Of a stretch of 64,000 nt of DNA, positions 1 to 13,080 are shown piece after piece. Both the position numbers and the translations under genes were made by a program. Source of the DNA: Octopus vulgaris (lineage: Eukaryota); the NCBI GenBank assembly GCA_951406725.2, contig OX597842.1, positions 4,526,001 through 4,590,000 on the forward strand, in the 5' to 3' direction. The notes below the pieces were generated by a model that saw only the letters and a program-made list of their open reading frames with translations, was not told the DNA's origin and ran no database searches. Position 1 is the stretch's first letter. Every line of letters begins with the position of its first letter.

Positions 1-699
1 ACAATAATATTAATTATATTGAAATAAAAACATAAGCCCCACTTCTTTCTTTTTTTATCTCTCTCTCTCTCTCTCTCTCTATCAAGCAATCTTTCTGTCT
101 GTCTGTCAATCTATTCTATTCTATCCTATTTTATATATATAACTACTTGTCAATCAATCAAAAAATTTATCAGTCAATCACCATCAATCAAGCTTATTTT
201 GTAGTTCTGTAATTTGGTACAGCTTCTTGTGTCTGCGCTAATTGCTTCTTATTATCACATTAATCATCATCATTATCATCATCATATTTGTCGGTTACCA
301 TTATAATAATGTATGTATTATTCATTTCAAACTCTTGACTCTCATATTTAAAATAGAAAAAGAAATCATCATCATCATCATCATCATTCGCATCATCATC
401 ATCATTGTCGTCATCATTATTATCATTATTATTATTATTATATCATTATTATTATTCAAGGCAGCAAGCTAGCAGAACCATTAAAACACCAGACAAAATG
501 CCTTTCATCCCTTCAGGGTCAATAAAATATGTACCAGTTGTGTACTGGGGTCAATGTAATTGACTCATTCCTGCCCCTGAAATTGCTGGCCTTGTACCTT
601 TAGAAGAAAGGATTATTATTAACAATCATGTCTTAGATTTTTGGTTATTGTTTACTTTATTTTCATCTAGTTGATGATGATGATAATTTTTTTCTCATT

Positions 700-1517
700 T
701 TGCCACTAAGCCAAAACTTAAGGAGTGGGGCCAGTTTATTGTCTCCCAAAAGGATTAAATACAAGGTTGATCTCGGTTGAATTTGAACCAAGATCCTGAA
801 CGTACAGAATGCAAACTGAAATGCATGTTTTGTCTGATGTTCTGAGGATTCTGTCAATTCACTGCAATAATAATAATAATAATAATATTCTAAATGCACA
901 AGGCCTGAAATTTGGTGGGTGGGGGCCAATTGACTTCATTGACAACAGTTTTTTACTGGTACTTAATTTTTTGACCCTGAAAAGATGAAAGGCAAAGTCA
1001 ACCTTGGCAGAATTTGAACTCAGAACACTCTTTTACTCTTTTACTTGTTTCAGTCATTTGACTGCGGCCATGCTGGAGCACCGCCTTTAGTCGAGCAAAT
1101 TGACCCCGGGACTTATTCTTTGTAAGCCCGGTACTTATTCTATCGGTCTCTTTTGCCGAACCGCTAAGTGACGGGGACGTAAACACACCAGCATCGGTTG
1201 TCAAGCAATGCTAGGGGGACAAACACACATGCACACACACATAGACACACACATACATATATATATATAGACATATATACGACAGGCTTCTTTCAGTTTC
1301 CGTCTACCAAATCCACTCACAAGGCTTTGGTCGGCCCGGGGCTATAGCAGAAGACACTTGCCCAAGATGCCACGCAGTGGGACTGAACCCGGAACCATGT
1401 GGTTGGTTAGCAAGCTACTTACCACACAGCCACTCCTGCGCCTATAACACAAAGACAGATAAAATACCACTATGCATTTTGCCCGGTGTGCTAACAATTC
1501 TGTCAGCCCACCACCTT

Positions 1518-1561
<44 letters not shown>

Positions 1562-1784
1562 CCTTTCTACTAAAGGCACAAGGCCCGAAATTTTAGGGGA
1601 GGGGACCAGTCAAATTGCATCGAAAACTCCCCCTCCCAGTGACTAACAGGTACTTATTTTATCAACCCTGAAAGGATGAAATGTAAAGTCAGCTTCAGGA
1701 GAATTTGAACTCAGAACCTGGAGACAGAAGAAATGCAGTTAAGCATTTTATCCAGGGTGCTAACAATTCTGCCAGTTCGCTGCC

Positions 1785-1819
<35 letters not shown>

Positions 1820-2015
1820 GGCTTCAAATTTTGCCACAAGGGTAGCCATTTTGGGGGAGGCGATGTGTCGATTGCACTAAAAAGATGAAAGGCAAAGTTG
1901 ACCTCGGCAGAATTTGAACTCAGAATGTAGTGACAGGCGAAATACTGCTAAGCATTTTGCCCAGCGTGCTAACAAGTCTGCCAACTTACCACCATAATAA
2001 TAATGATGATAATAA
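700..2015 (-). mobile_element. Head-to-tail cluster of about four SINE family A copies separated by (AAT)n
   Basis: Recurrent core gatgaaaggcaaagtcgacctcggcggaatttgaactcagaa; its reverse complement carries a B-box-like GAGTTCAAATTC. Further copies at about 11000-11210, 15495-16200, 20860-21080, 44080-45035, 56680-56890, 60225-60405, 62605-63050. Confidence 0.8.
1028..1442 (-). mobile_element. Full-length tRNA-derived SINE family B
   Basis: Reverse complement begins ggcgcaggagtggctgtgtggtaag (A-box-like) then gggttcagtccc (B-box-like). It has an internal TA/TG microsatellite and ends ...gactgaaacaagtaaaagagtaaaagag. Confidence 0.85.
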
Positions 2016-2143
2016 TAACTTCTAAGGGTCAGGTGCTGTTCATTTTTATGTTTTTCCCTTTTTCTTCTCTCTATTTCTCTTAACCACATGCAGACACAAG
2101 CACACTCTCTCTTTCTTCTACTTTCACTTTCATTCTCTCTCTC

Positions 2144-2183
<40 letters not shown>

Positions 2184-2305
2184 CAATAATAAAAGGGTAA
2201 AATTAATTAATTATTAATTAATTTTACCAAGTAGTGTTCAGTATGTAAAAAGACCATTTACGGTATATTTAAAACATTACGTAAAGTAAATTATATAACG
2301 TAATG

Positions 2306-2340
<35 letters not shown>

Positions 2341-2629
2341 AACACATATATACATATATGTATATATGTATATATACACACACAAAAACACACACACACA
2401 CACAAAAACATACACACACACACATATATGTCAGTTTTCTATCTTTCCCTCTATCCATGCAGCTTTCTATCTACCTAATCCTTACCTCTCTATCTCTGTT
2501 TCCCTCTTTCTTTCTCTCTTTCCTCATCCACTCTCTCTCTCTTTCATACACACACCCTCTTTCTCTCCCATGTCTTTCTTTATCTCACTCTTTCACACAT
2601 TTTCTTCTTCCTCATGATGCTTCTAAAAG

Positions 2630-2641
2630 ATGGACATCAAG
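2630..2641 (+). CDS. Candidate 12-nt microexon of the UNC5-like gene (x-G-H-Q, phase 1-1)
   Basis: Pyrimidine-rich tract of about 200 nt (2430-2612), then tgatgcttctaaaAG|ATGGACATCAAG|GTAAGA. Strong donor, length divisible by 3, no stop in phase 1, joins in frame to the 26857 exon. No transcript evidence available. Confidence 0.5.
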
Positions 2642-3092
2642 GTAAGATTTTTCATATCAGACAATTTTTCATTTTTTTTTTAATACACCCTCACTCCACT
2701 CCCCTGCTCCAGGATCCCACTCCTCCACCCATCGTCCTTTTTCCACCCACCACTTTACATGTTATAGTCCTCCTCCCCCTGCCACAATCCCCACCACCCC
2801 TCCCCATCCAAGTACGCCCCTCCAACCAACCACTCTACTCTCACTCTATACCACCCCAGAGGCACCACACCTGCACCCCCCATCACATCAAGTATCGTCT
2901 CACCTCACCTCATTTCATTCCATTTCACAGTCATGCAATTAGTAATGCTGTTGTTGTTGGTGTTGTTGTTGTTGTTGCACTTGTTGATGTTAGATGCACA
3001 CAATGCTTGCAGCTTAGGATTTTCAGGTGTTTCTCTCCTATAATTATTTCCATACCTGTGTGTGCATGAATACATACATAATACTACATACC

Positions 3093-3149
<57 letters not shown>

Positions 3150-3207
3150 TATAATATATATATAATATATATATAATATATATATAATATATATATATAA
3201 TATATAT

Positions 3208-3239
<32 letters not shown>

Positions 3240-3246
3240 ATATATA

Positions 3247-3370
<124 letters not shown>

Positions 3371-3569
3371 TATATATATTATATAGATATAGATAGATAG
3401 ATGTGTATGTGTGTGTAGGTAGTTAGGGTAAATACCAGCTGTTTTCTCTTAAAGCACATCTGCTCATTCCATGATTACAATCCAATATGTAGTCACAGTT
3501 GCTGCTGTAAGTTACTCAAAACCCATATTAAAATTGAGAATTATGGAAATGTTATTTGCAGAATTATTT

Positions 3570-3810
3570 GTGTAACAAAACAGGAAATTGGAAATTTTTC
3601 AGTATTATTTCTTCACCATTACACATGTTTCATTAGCTAATAGGAGTTACAAAGTTTTACATGTTAGAGAGAACATGTAAGGAATTTCCTATTAGAAATA
3701 TGGAGAAATTAAATATTTATATGTAAAATTTTGTAGCTCCTATTAGCAAATGAAACATGTGTAATGTTGTATAAATAATACAAAAAAGTTTCTTTTTATT
3801 TGTTTCATAT
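3570..3810. repeat. MITE-like inverted repeat
   Basis: cattacacatgtttcattagctaataggagttacaaagttttac (about 3617-3660) is the reverse complement, with few mismatches, of gtaaaattttgtagctcctattagcaaatgaaacatgtgtaatg (about 3723-3766). Confidence 0.75.
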
Positions 3811-6519
3811 ATATATGTATACACACACACGCACACTGGAACAGTGAATCTCTAAACACACTGAACTATCAATAATGGCATGTAAATAGTGGGTTAAAAA
3901 AAGCCTTTAGATAGTTAAAGTTGAAGGTTGTTTATTGGATTTGAATCCACATGTTTTGTAAACAGGACACTCTCTGCATTTTAGAAACTTTATTCTCACC
4001 ACAAGAATTCTATGTTGTTGACATCATAAGGATTTAAAAACTTCAGAAGAACAAGGATTTTTTTTTTTTAAATAAAACTTTCATTTTATTATAACAATAT
4101 ATTTTTACAGAAAGAAAAGAAAGGAAAAAATCGTTAAAAGCATAAAACATAAAATTATCAAGAAAAAACCCCCACCGAGGAAACAGAGAAAGGGTGGGGA
4201 ATGACAGGGGTGGATTAAGCAGCAGTAGATTAAGTGGGGGAAGGAATGGGGTGTACACCTCAGAACATGTAGCATGTTTCAGTTTCCATGTAGTAAATTG
4301 TTTCACAAGGCTTTGGTTGTCCCAGCATTATAATTGAAGAGAAGACACTTGCCTAAGATGCCATGCAGTGGGACTGGAACCATATGATTCGGAAGTGAAT
4401 GTCTTAACTACACAAGCATGCCTGCATCTTGTTGTAAGGTTGAATACTGCCCTGAAGAAGTTTTTGTCCATTCTTTCTAGCCATAGCAAAGGGTGAGAAG
4501 GAACTAATGATGAGGATGTTCAGCTGGACTGTTTGCCAAATACTTTCATCTGTCTCTGTATCCAACACAGAGGTTCAACCTATATACAAAAGGGCTGATG
4601 AGCACCTACCCACTTCCTACCTCAAATGAGTTTTTTATGCATCAGATATAATTAATGCTGATAAGAACTGTGAGGATATCAACTACCGCTACAGAACAAA
4701 GCTTTTGTAATAGAAAAAATCAAAAGAATACTTTGGTCCAATAGTAGAACATCATGTCTACAAGAGATGTGGGTTTGAGTCCATATTCTGCCTTCAACTT
4801 TTTCTATTCCATACTTGCAATCATAATAACTTTATCTACTTCGAGTTCAATCATTAAAAATGGATTATTCCTCATTCTCTCAATGTTTCCAAATACTTAT
4901 AAACAACACACACACACACACACACATGCATACACACATATGAATATTGGTCTCTTGACTCAAGTTTATTGTGACTGTCTTCTTAAGGCAAGACACTACA
5001 GATTGATGATAAATTTCTATTCATCAGTGTAGATATCTTCATTGTGTTTACAAAGCAACATTATCACATGATGGACGAAATGAAACAAAAAAAACTACAT
5101 TGGTAATTCTAGTGAAATCTTTACGGCCAGATACACACACACATACACTCACTCACACATTCCAGAATATATAAAAAAAACAAATGCAATTTGTCCCTCT
5201 AAACATATCTTGGGAGTTAAAAGAAAACATTTCCACAAATATTAAATGAAAAATAATTGATTTTGTACCATTACACAGAAACGGTTCTATAACCGACCCA
5301 CTCACTTAACCCAATGCACCTCTGTACACTGCCACATGATATACAAAATAAACAAGAGGCATGTGATCATATGCTGTAGACACAAAATTATATTCATCTT
5401 AATAAAATGATTCAAACTCTAAAAGGGGTTAGATAACCACTAAGGACCCACGGGTACATGTAGAAAAATGTACAGCCACAAGAATTGAACCACAAAAAAA
5501 CTCAAATTAAACATGCAGTACACCACACATACACATACATAAAGATACGCAAAGACAAAATTATAAACGAAATATCACCGTGATCACCGTGACCGACCAG
5601 GCTATCAGATATTGCTACATATCGCTGGTCACAATGCGCTTCGCATTGTTTTAGCCTTCAAATGATGCCACCCCGCTGGCTAAGCGAGAAGGCCAACAGA
5701 AGAAAGAGTGAGAGAAATTCTTTAGATTAAAAATTTCAATAACCCTTACTAAACTCCCCAACCCATAGAGAACACTTTGTTTCTGATCAAAATAAAACTG
5801 AAAATATATCAGCAGAAGCTGTTTAACTATGGAATATTATTTACAATATTTGATATTACTAAATCCTTTCAGTTAAATTCAGATGTACAAACAAACAAGT
5901 TATTAAAAGTCCTTTAATCAGCACACAACCAAATTTTCACCAACGAAACCATCCTATGTCCTCAATATTTACAACTACAATAAGGCACATACCAAAACAA
6001 ATCTGGCCAAACAAACATACAAACAGCCTTGATTGGATTAACAGATTAACTCAGTAAATCTACAGTCGAATGTAAAGAAAGATAACATCAGTTAAATATA
6101 GATATTTCTTGTCATCTACAAATACAGAGGAAAATAAACACAGAATCTCACAAAAATTAGCCAATGACGAAGCAAAACAAATAATTGCCAACGAGAAAGA
6201 AAAACGAAATGAATTAATAAACTAACAATATCTCCCTCTGTCATCAACAGAGGGGGGTGTTTTTAATTTGCTTTGCTGTTGTGTGTGTGTGTGTGTGTAT
6301 TACCATTTTAACTTACACTTTTCCATGCCTGCATGGGTCAGACAGAAATTATTGAGGCAGATTTTCTACATCCAGATGCTCTTCCTGTTGTCCCCTGTTT
6401 CTAAACAAGATGATATTCCCTCCATGGCCAAACATGTTTTCACAGAAGATTGGAAATGTTTAATGGTTGCTTACAACTATTGCAGGAGACAGTAATACAT
6501 GTACACACACACACACACA

Positions 6520-6593
<74 letters not shown>

Positions 6594-6597
6594 TATC

Positions 6598-7085
6598 TTT
6601 TATCTTTTACTTGTTTCAGTCATTAGAATGCAGCCATGCTGGAGCACCACACTGAAATATCTATGTTTGGTCAAATGAATTTCATTTCATCTAGTTTCAC
6701 CTCACGAGCTGTGGCCATACTGGGGCACTGCCATTAATTGACCCCAGTACTTTTCTTGTTCTTAAGCCTGGTATTTATTCTATTGATCTTTTTTGCTGAA
6801 CTGCTAGGTCGCAGGGACATGAACACGCCACCACTGGTTGTCAAGCAGTGGAGGAGGGACAAACATAGGTTGAGGAAACAAACTTCTTACCACACAGCCA
6901 TGCCTGTACCTATGTATGTGTGTATACAGCAAGCTTCTTTCAGTTTCCATCTACCAAATCCACTCACAAGGTTTTGGTCAGTCTGAGACTATAATGGAAG
7001 ACACTTGTTCATGATGTCACACAGTGGGACTGAACCCCAAACCATATGGTTGGGAAGTAAACTTTTTCATGACACAGCTATGCCA
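6598..7085 (-). mobile_element. Diverged SINE family B copies
   Basis: Same cttttacttgtttcagtcat...ggagcacc 3' end and cagtgggactgaacc head as 1028-1442. Confidence 0.75.
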
Positions 7086-7261
7086 GCACTTCAGAGATTT
7101 TGCAAGTTCTTCTAAATCCATTGCAATACTAGAAACCCTTTTGTATCATCAGCAGGTATTTCAGGACCTCTAGCATTTCACCTGTGAACTTGTATGATTC
7201 ACCTGAGTGGGGGGCAGCAATGGCTGAGCTAGTCTTCATCTACTGAAGGGGTCCACTTGCT

Positions 7262-7365
7262 GTCTCTTATCGACCAAAGCCACTTTTAACTACTTTCAGC
7301 TGCTGCGCACATTTTCTTGATGACTTCCTTCAGTTGTCTGGGTTCCAGGCCTATCTTCTGTAGGA
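7262..7365 (-). pseudogene. C-terminal remnant of an RLE-type (Hero/NeSL-like) non-LTR retrotransposon
   Basis: Minus strand reads LQKIGLEPRQLKEVIKKMCAAAESS*KWLWSIR, resembling the AAExxSxWLW C-terminus of this clade. Recognised from memory, not searched. Confidence 0.45.
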
Positions 7366-7654
7366 AACAGCATGTGTGTATATATGTACACAGACGGGCT
7401 TCTTTGCAAATATATTGAAGCACAACTTTCATCTTAAAAGTGACAAGTGCATGGCATTGACGAGCTTCAAATACACTGAAATGCATTCTGTGATTCTCAC
7501 GAGTCACTACTGCACTGATGTTTGCTTTGATCCTATATTGTTTGTGCTTTTAACACATGTCCATGAAAAAGTTTTCTCTCAGGTAAAGCCACAGCAATAT
7601 GCTTGCCAACAATGTATATATTTATACTATGATACACAAATATGGGAATATATT

Positions 7655-7667
7655 CCATGTGTGTGTA

Positions 7668-7710
<43 letters not shown>

Positions 7711-7713
7711 GTG

Positions 7714-7744
<31 letters not shown>

Positions 7745-7818
7745 GTATGTGTATATATATATATATATATGTAATATATGTATGTATATATGTATGTATG
7801 TGTATGTATATATATGTC

Positions 7819-7909
<91 letters not shown>

Positions 7910-7910
7910 A

Positions 7911-7981
<71 letters not shown>

Positions 7982-8020
7982 TATATATATTATATATATA
8001 TTATATATATATATATATTA

Positions 8021-8114
<94 letters not shown>

Positions 8115-8127
8115 ATATTATATATAT

Positions 8128-8158
<31 letters not shown>

Positions 8159-8159
8159 G

Positions 8160-8190
<31 letters not shown>

Positions 8191-8211
8191 GTATATATAT
8201 GTATATGTATA

Positions 8212-8262
<51 letters not shown>

Positions 8263-8270
8263 GTATATGT

Positions 8271-8331
<61 letters not shown>

Positions 8332-8348
8332 TGTATATTATATATATG

Positions 8349-8381
<33 letters not shown>

Positions 8382-8415
8382 GTATGTATCTATATATATG
8401 TATGTATATATATAA
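7655..8415. repeat. (TA)n/(TATG)n microsatellite array
   Basis: Seen directly in the sequence. Confidence 0.97.
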
Positions 8416-8775
8416 GTATGTATGGTGCATGGCCTAGTGATTAGGATGTTTGCACTTAAGACCACTAGATCGTGGGTTCGATTTCCAGACTGGGTGGTGT
8501 GGTGCTTTGTGCTTTTGAGGACTACACTTCATTTCACATTGCCACAGTCCACGCAGTTGTAAATGGCAACACTGCAACAGAGAGTAGCCTTCTGATGAAG
8601 GGGAATATTGTGACCTGCTCACTTAGTCAGTAGATGCGGCCTTCTGTTAGAAAACCTGTGAAACTTTAAGTAGCATGGAATGGAATCTAACTCTTAAATA
8701 ATACATGTAACCCCTACTAAATGTGTTGAGTGCCCTTTTCTTTCATTTCTCTACTCATTCATATATACATATATA

Positions 8776-9489
8776 CTAGACTACTCATGACCCGGAAGAA
8801 ACGTATCTCAGGAACCAGGGCTCCAATTCACACAAAACTTGTTTTATTCCATTTGTATTCATATTTCAATCATACCTTACTTTCAAAGCATTTTATGTAT
8901 ATATATATATATATATATATATCCACCAGTTTGGCAATTTATAAAGGTACCCCAAAAAACATGTATCTCAGGAAGCCATGGTTGGATTTACATGAAACTT
9001 GTTTTATTCCATCCCATTATGCCCCATTTTGGTTGTTATTACATTACAGTCAAGCATGCAAGCTGGCAGTCATAAAGGTACCCAAAAAATCCATGTATCT
9101 CAGGAACCTGTGGTCCGATTTATGCAAAACTTGTCTTATTCAGTTTGTATTCCCATTTCAGGGGCACCTTACTTTTACAGTATCTTCCCATTATGCGCCA
9201 ATTTGGTTGTATTAAATTACAGACAAGCACGCAAGCAAAACTATCCAGGGGTTAACAGTAAAGGCAATAATGCCAGGTTTCACTGCTTAAATTTGTGGAA
9301 ACAAACCCAGAAAACCCACGTATCTTGGGAATCTGTGATCCGATTTATGCGAGACTGATTTTCTGTTTGTATTCACATTTCAGGGATACCTTACTTTCAG
9401 AGTATTTTCCAATTATGTGCCAGTTTGACTCTGTTAAATTACAGACAAACATGCAAGCAAGCAATCACAGAGTTTTAGTTGTTTATAGA
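8776..9489 (-). mobile_element. Non-autonomous Helitron-like element with internal tandem repeats
   Basis: Minus strand A|TCTATAAAC...CGGGTCATGAGTAGTCTAG|T gives 5' TC, 3' CTAG and an A/T insertion site. Four internal copies of aaacgtatctcaggaacc...gatttatgc...ttgtattc at about 8799, 8958, 9088, 9315. Confidence 0.55.
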
Positions 9490-10384
9490 TAGCATTTTTC
9501 TTTGTCATTTCCACCTATAAAATTCCACATACAAGGCATTGGTTGGAAACAAAACACACTTGCTCAAGGTGCAACACAGAGGGATTGAACCTGAAATCAA
9601 ATGGTTAAATAGCAAACTTCTAAACCTCACAGCCATTGCAATACCTTGGGAATTTGAGAAGAACTGTTTCGCATTGAGGAAGGGTCTTTTTAGCTTTGTG
9701 AAAGATTTTGCAATTCTGTATATATATATATATATATATATGTTTTTTTTTTATTGTTATTATCACAAAAAGACTGTTTGATAAGAAAAATAATTGAGGG
9801 AGTTTAGGAGGGGAGGGCCACTATTTTTTCTTAAGGCTCAGAAATGCTTGGTTTGTGTTTTCAGCTTTTCTTTTTTTTTTCTTTTTTTGTTACGTGTTTG
9901 TATAGGGAGTGTTGGTTTAGGGGTAGAGTGGTACTTTGTTTATGGGGACCCTTCTGTTGCATTTTATTTGTTGAACAAAAGAAAAACGTAAAGAAAACCC
10001 CAAAACATTTAGTATCTGTTACTTTTATTATTATTATTTAAACTCAGGAAACATCATTGTTTCTGGGTTTGTTCTTTTTTTAGGGGTAAAGATTTACTTT
10101 GTAAAGGAGTTTGTTTGAAAGCTTAGTGTTGCTCATATTTGTGGATAGTGGGGGTTAAGAATAAGGGAGTTGTTTTCTTAAGGGAATAGTTGTTGTAAAC
10201 ATTTTCATTTTATTTACAGATAACAAAGAATTAGGGGTCTCTTGTTAAGGTTTCTTTTCTCTTGGGGTCTTTTGTTTCTTTCATTCCCCTTAAGGTATTT
10301 TGAAGATAGGGATTAGAGAGATAGTGGGGATAAAGGGAAAGTGAGGGATATAGAAATGTAGGGAAATGAAGGCAGAATAAGATG

Positions 10385-10920
10385 ATGATGAGAGAGAGAG
10401 AGAGAAAGAGTGGGAAAGACAGACTGGCACAGAAAGAAAGAGAGAGAGAGAGAGAGAGACAGGGATAGAGAGCTACAGACATTGAGAAAGAGAAAGATAT
10501 AGACAGACAGTCAGAGAGTAAGGGAGAGAGAGAGAGTGGGGATAGATGCAGAGACAGAGAAAAAGATACATACAGAGAGAGGGAGGACAAATAGAGACAG
10601 GAGGGAGAGACAGACAGAAAAAATGAGTGAGAAAAAGAGACATAGGCAGAGAGAAAGGGAGAGAATGGGGATAGATGGATGGACAGAGAAAAAGATAGAT
10701 ACATACAGAGAGAGAGAGGGGAGGAGGAGGAGGAGACAAATAGACACAGGAAGAAATAGAGACAAAAGAGAAAGGCAGAAAGAAAGAGAGAGAGACAGGC
10801 AGACAGAGAGATGTGGGATAGAGGGAAAGATGGATACATGCAGAGGTGAGAGAGAGAGAGGAAGAGACAAATAGACAAGCAAGCAGACAGAAATAGAGAG
10901 AGTGAAAGAGAGAGAGTTGC
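10385..10920. repeat. Polypurine (GA/GACA-rich) low-complexity tract
   Basis: Seen directly; a mirror polypyrimidine tract lies at 55080-55380. Confidence 0.9.
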
Positions 10921-10951
10921 TTTCCTTAAGGGATTTTTTGCTTTGTTGTTA

Positions 10952-11003
<52 letters not shown>

Positions 11004-11789
11004 GTGAGTGAGCTGGCTGATTCGTTAGCAAGCTGGGTGAAATGCTTAGTGCTATTTCGTCTGCCACTACATTCTGAGTTCAAATTCTGCTACGGTCAAC
11101 TTTGCCTTTCATCCTTCTGGGGTCGACAAAGTAAGTACCAGTTGAGCAGTAATTGACTTACCTCTCCCCAAAATTGCTGGCCTTGTGCCAAAATTTGAAA
11201 CCATTATCATTATTTGTTGATAAAATAGAAACATTTCTGGGTCTCTTGAATTCTTTAAAGGCAAGACTATTTGGGGTAGGAGTAGGATTATAGTAAGGGA
11301 ATTCCTTTCTTAAGACAATTTGTTGCTTTAATTATTTTGTTTGTTGATAAAAAATTAAAAAAGAATTAGTGGTCTAATTGTATTTTTTTGCTTTTAGGGG
11401 TAGAGTTTGGATTTTTTAAGGGAGTCTGCTTTTGTAACATTTCATTCTGCTTATAAAAAAAATTGGAAGTTTATTGTAAATTTGTTTCTAATTAAGTTGT
11501 AGGGATCGCTTATTTTTTTGGTGCCTTTAAGGTATTTTAATTTAGGGGGTTGTATGGGACTGTCTTAAGGTAGTGGGCTGTTGTCTGTGTTTTGTGTTAT
11601 TTTCTTAGAGTAAAAAAGTGGGGAACTAGACTAACATTTTGTTTAATTTTTAGTAGGTTGTGGGCTGGGGATTGGGGGACGGGTTCTTTTTTTATCTTAA
11701 GGTATGTTGAACATTATGGATGCACACAACTGGTATCCTAATTGGGGTGGGGGGTTGTGTTCTGTTGCATTATAATTTTGCTAACTAAA

Positions 11790-12780
11790 AACCGGGTTTA
11801 TCAATGGCATTTAGCTAATTTTGGGATACTGAATCCAAATCTGGCATCAGATTTTTGAAATATAAAATATTTCAGTTTTGATAGAAACAGCTATTTAATG
11901 CTCATAAAGGAAGAATTAAACATATGTAGATGCAATTTTTAATGGCCAATATGTCTTTTTATTAATCTAATAAATCAAAATACAAAGTTGTGGGACTAAA
12001 TGTACATTAGCATGAAAGAATTAAACTTGGTAATAACAAAATATGAATACAAAATCTCTATTTATTGTGGTCTTTCATTCTGATCATCTTATTACTGCAA
12101 GAACTTGCTCTTGTTTGACAATCTCTTGTGCACAGCTTCTGGAATATCTCTCATCAAGCTCCAGGAGTAATCTATTATCATGTCTGAGTCCCATTGGCCT
12201 TGGTAGCATTCTTCCTTTAAGATTATCAAGTTGTTTTTAGAACTATTTTTCATTCGAGTCAATCATTGGAACATAATAAAATTAATGATAAAGTGTATTT
12301 TATTAACCATGGGCTAAATTAGGAACAGAACAATAGACCTAGTTATATCGGTCTTGATGAAAGTGTTTACCTCGTTCTTTGCTAACACCAGCCAGGTTCT
12401 CTGGAATCTCACCCAAGTGGTGACTGTGGAAATATTGCAGAATAGTGCAATTTACTGCTCATTCTACATCCAGGTCCTTGCAAACCCAAGAGCAGCTCCT
12501 CCACACTCGCTTGGTAGTTGTCAGCTTTTCTGCTCCCAACGAAATTCCACACCACATCAGAGAAGGAATTCCACTGCGCTCATTGTTGTAACAAAATGGG
12601 GATCCCTGACGAGTGTTCTCATTTGAGATCTGTCAAATATTCCTGCCTTCTTCTTCTTCTTACACTGAGACTTGGTGAGGTTGTACATATATACCTGAAG
12701 TAGCCCCCACTGTGATCAAGAACTCTGATGAAGTGCTTCATCACACCAAGTTGAAACAAGGGGTGTTATTCTAATCTCCA
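11790..12780 (-). pseudogene. Degraded Chapaev-like (CMC/EnSpm superfamily) DNA transposon
   Basis: Minus-strand frameshifted blocks QLGVMKHFIRVLD-YFRYI, KAGIFD, GCRMSSKLHY, GEIPENLAGVSKERGKHFHQD and ECYQGQW-IIDYSWSLMRD follow the order of Chapaev3 transposase motifs (LGLMKQFVKAL, ENLGAVSDEHGERFHQD, RYQG-ADYCW). Confidence 0.7.
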
Positions 12781-12929
12781 AGAACTATTTTAATATTCTT
12801 CTAGCCATCGTTCATCATCTCTTTTTAATCAAATCCATTAGCTAGCCTTCTCCACTGTAGTTTGGATATCGGTCATGGTGGTATTTTACCCTACGATGAG
12901 TTAGGCCTAACGATAACAACAGTCGTCTC

Positions 12930-13080
12930 AAACTGTGTCCAACGGACCCTCTCCATCTGACTTCGATTGCTTGCGTCTTCACTTTCCTCGAGGAGGTTTA
13001 CATAACGGTCAATCTTTCGAGACCGAGCGGCATCCAAGTTATCTTCATGAGGAACCGTTAACTCAACTAGATTTACAATT
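12930..13080 (-). pseudogene. Restriction-like endonuclease fragment of a Hero/NeSL-type LINE
   Basis: Minus strand IVNLVELTVPHEDNLDAARSRKIDRYVNL matches the ELTVPxE...K..Y RLE motif. Confidence 0.55.

Noticed and set aside
1360-1442. tRNA gene
   Set aside because: A/B-box-like head of a SINE with no complete cloverleaf; it continues into the SINE body.
700-2015. SINE family A mobilised by the R4/Dong-like LINE
   Set aside because: No shared 3' sequence seen, and the tails have opposite polarity, (ATT)n versus (AAT)n.
4594-4625. Isolated CTGATGA motifs (also 8593, 12725, 51607)
   Set aside because: No correctly spaced GAAA or closing stems; chance matches or parts of other repeats.
4670-4745. 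hAT dimerisation-like peptide STTATEQSF
   Set aside because: Too short and degenerate to support without a search.
8797-9420. CRISPR-like repeat-spacer appearance
   Set aside because: Eukaryotic context, long diverged units, non-unique spacers and no cas genes.
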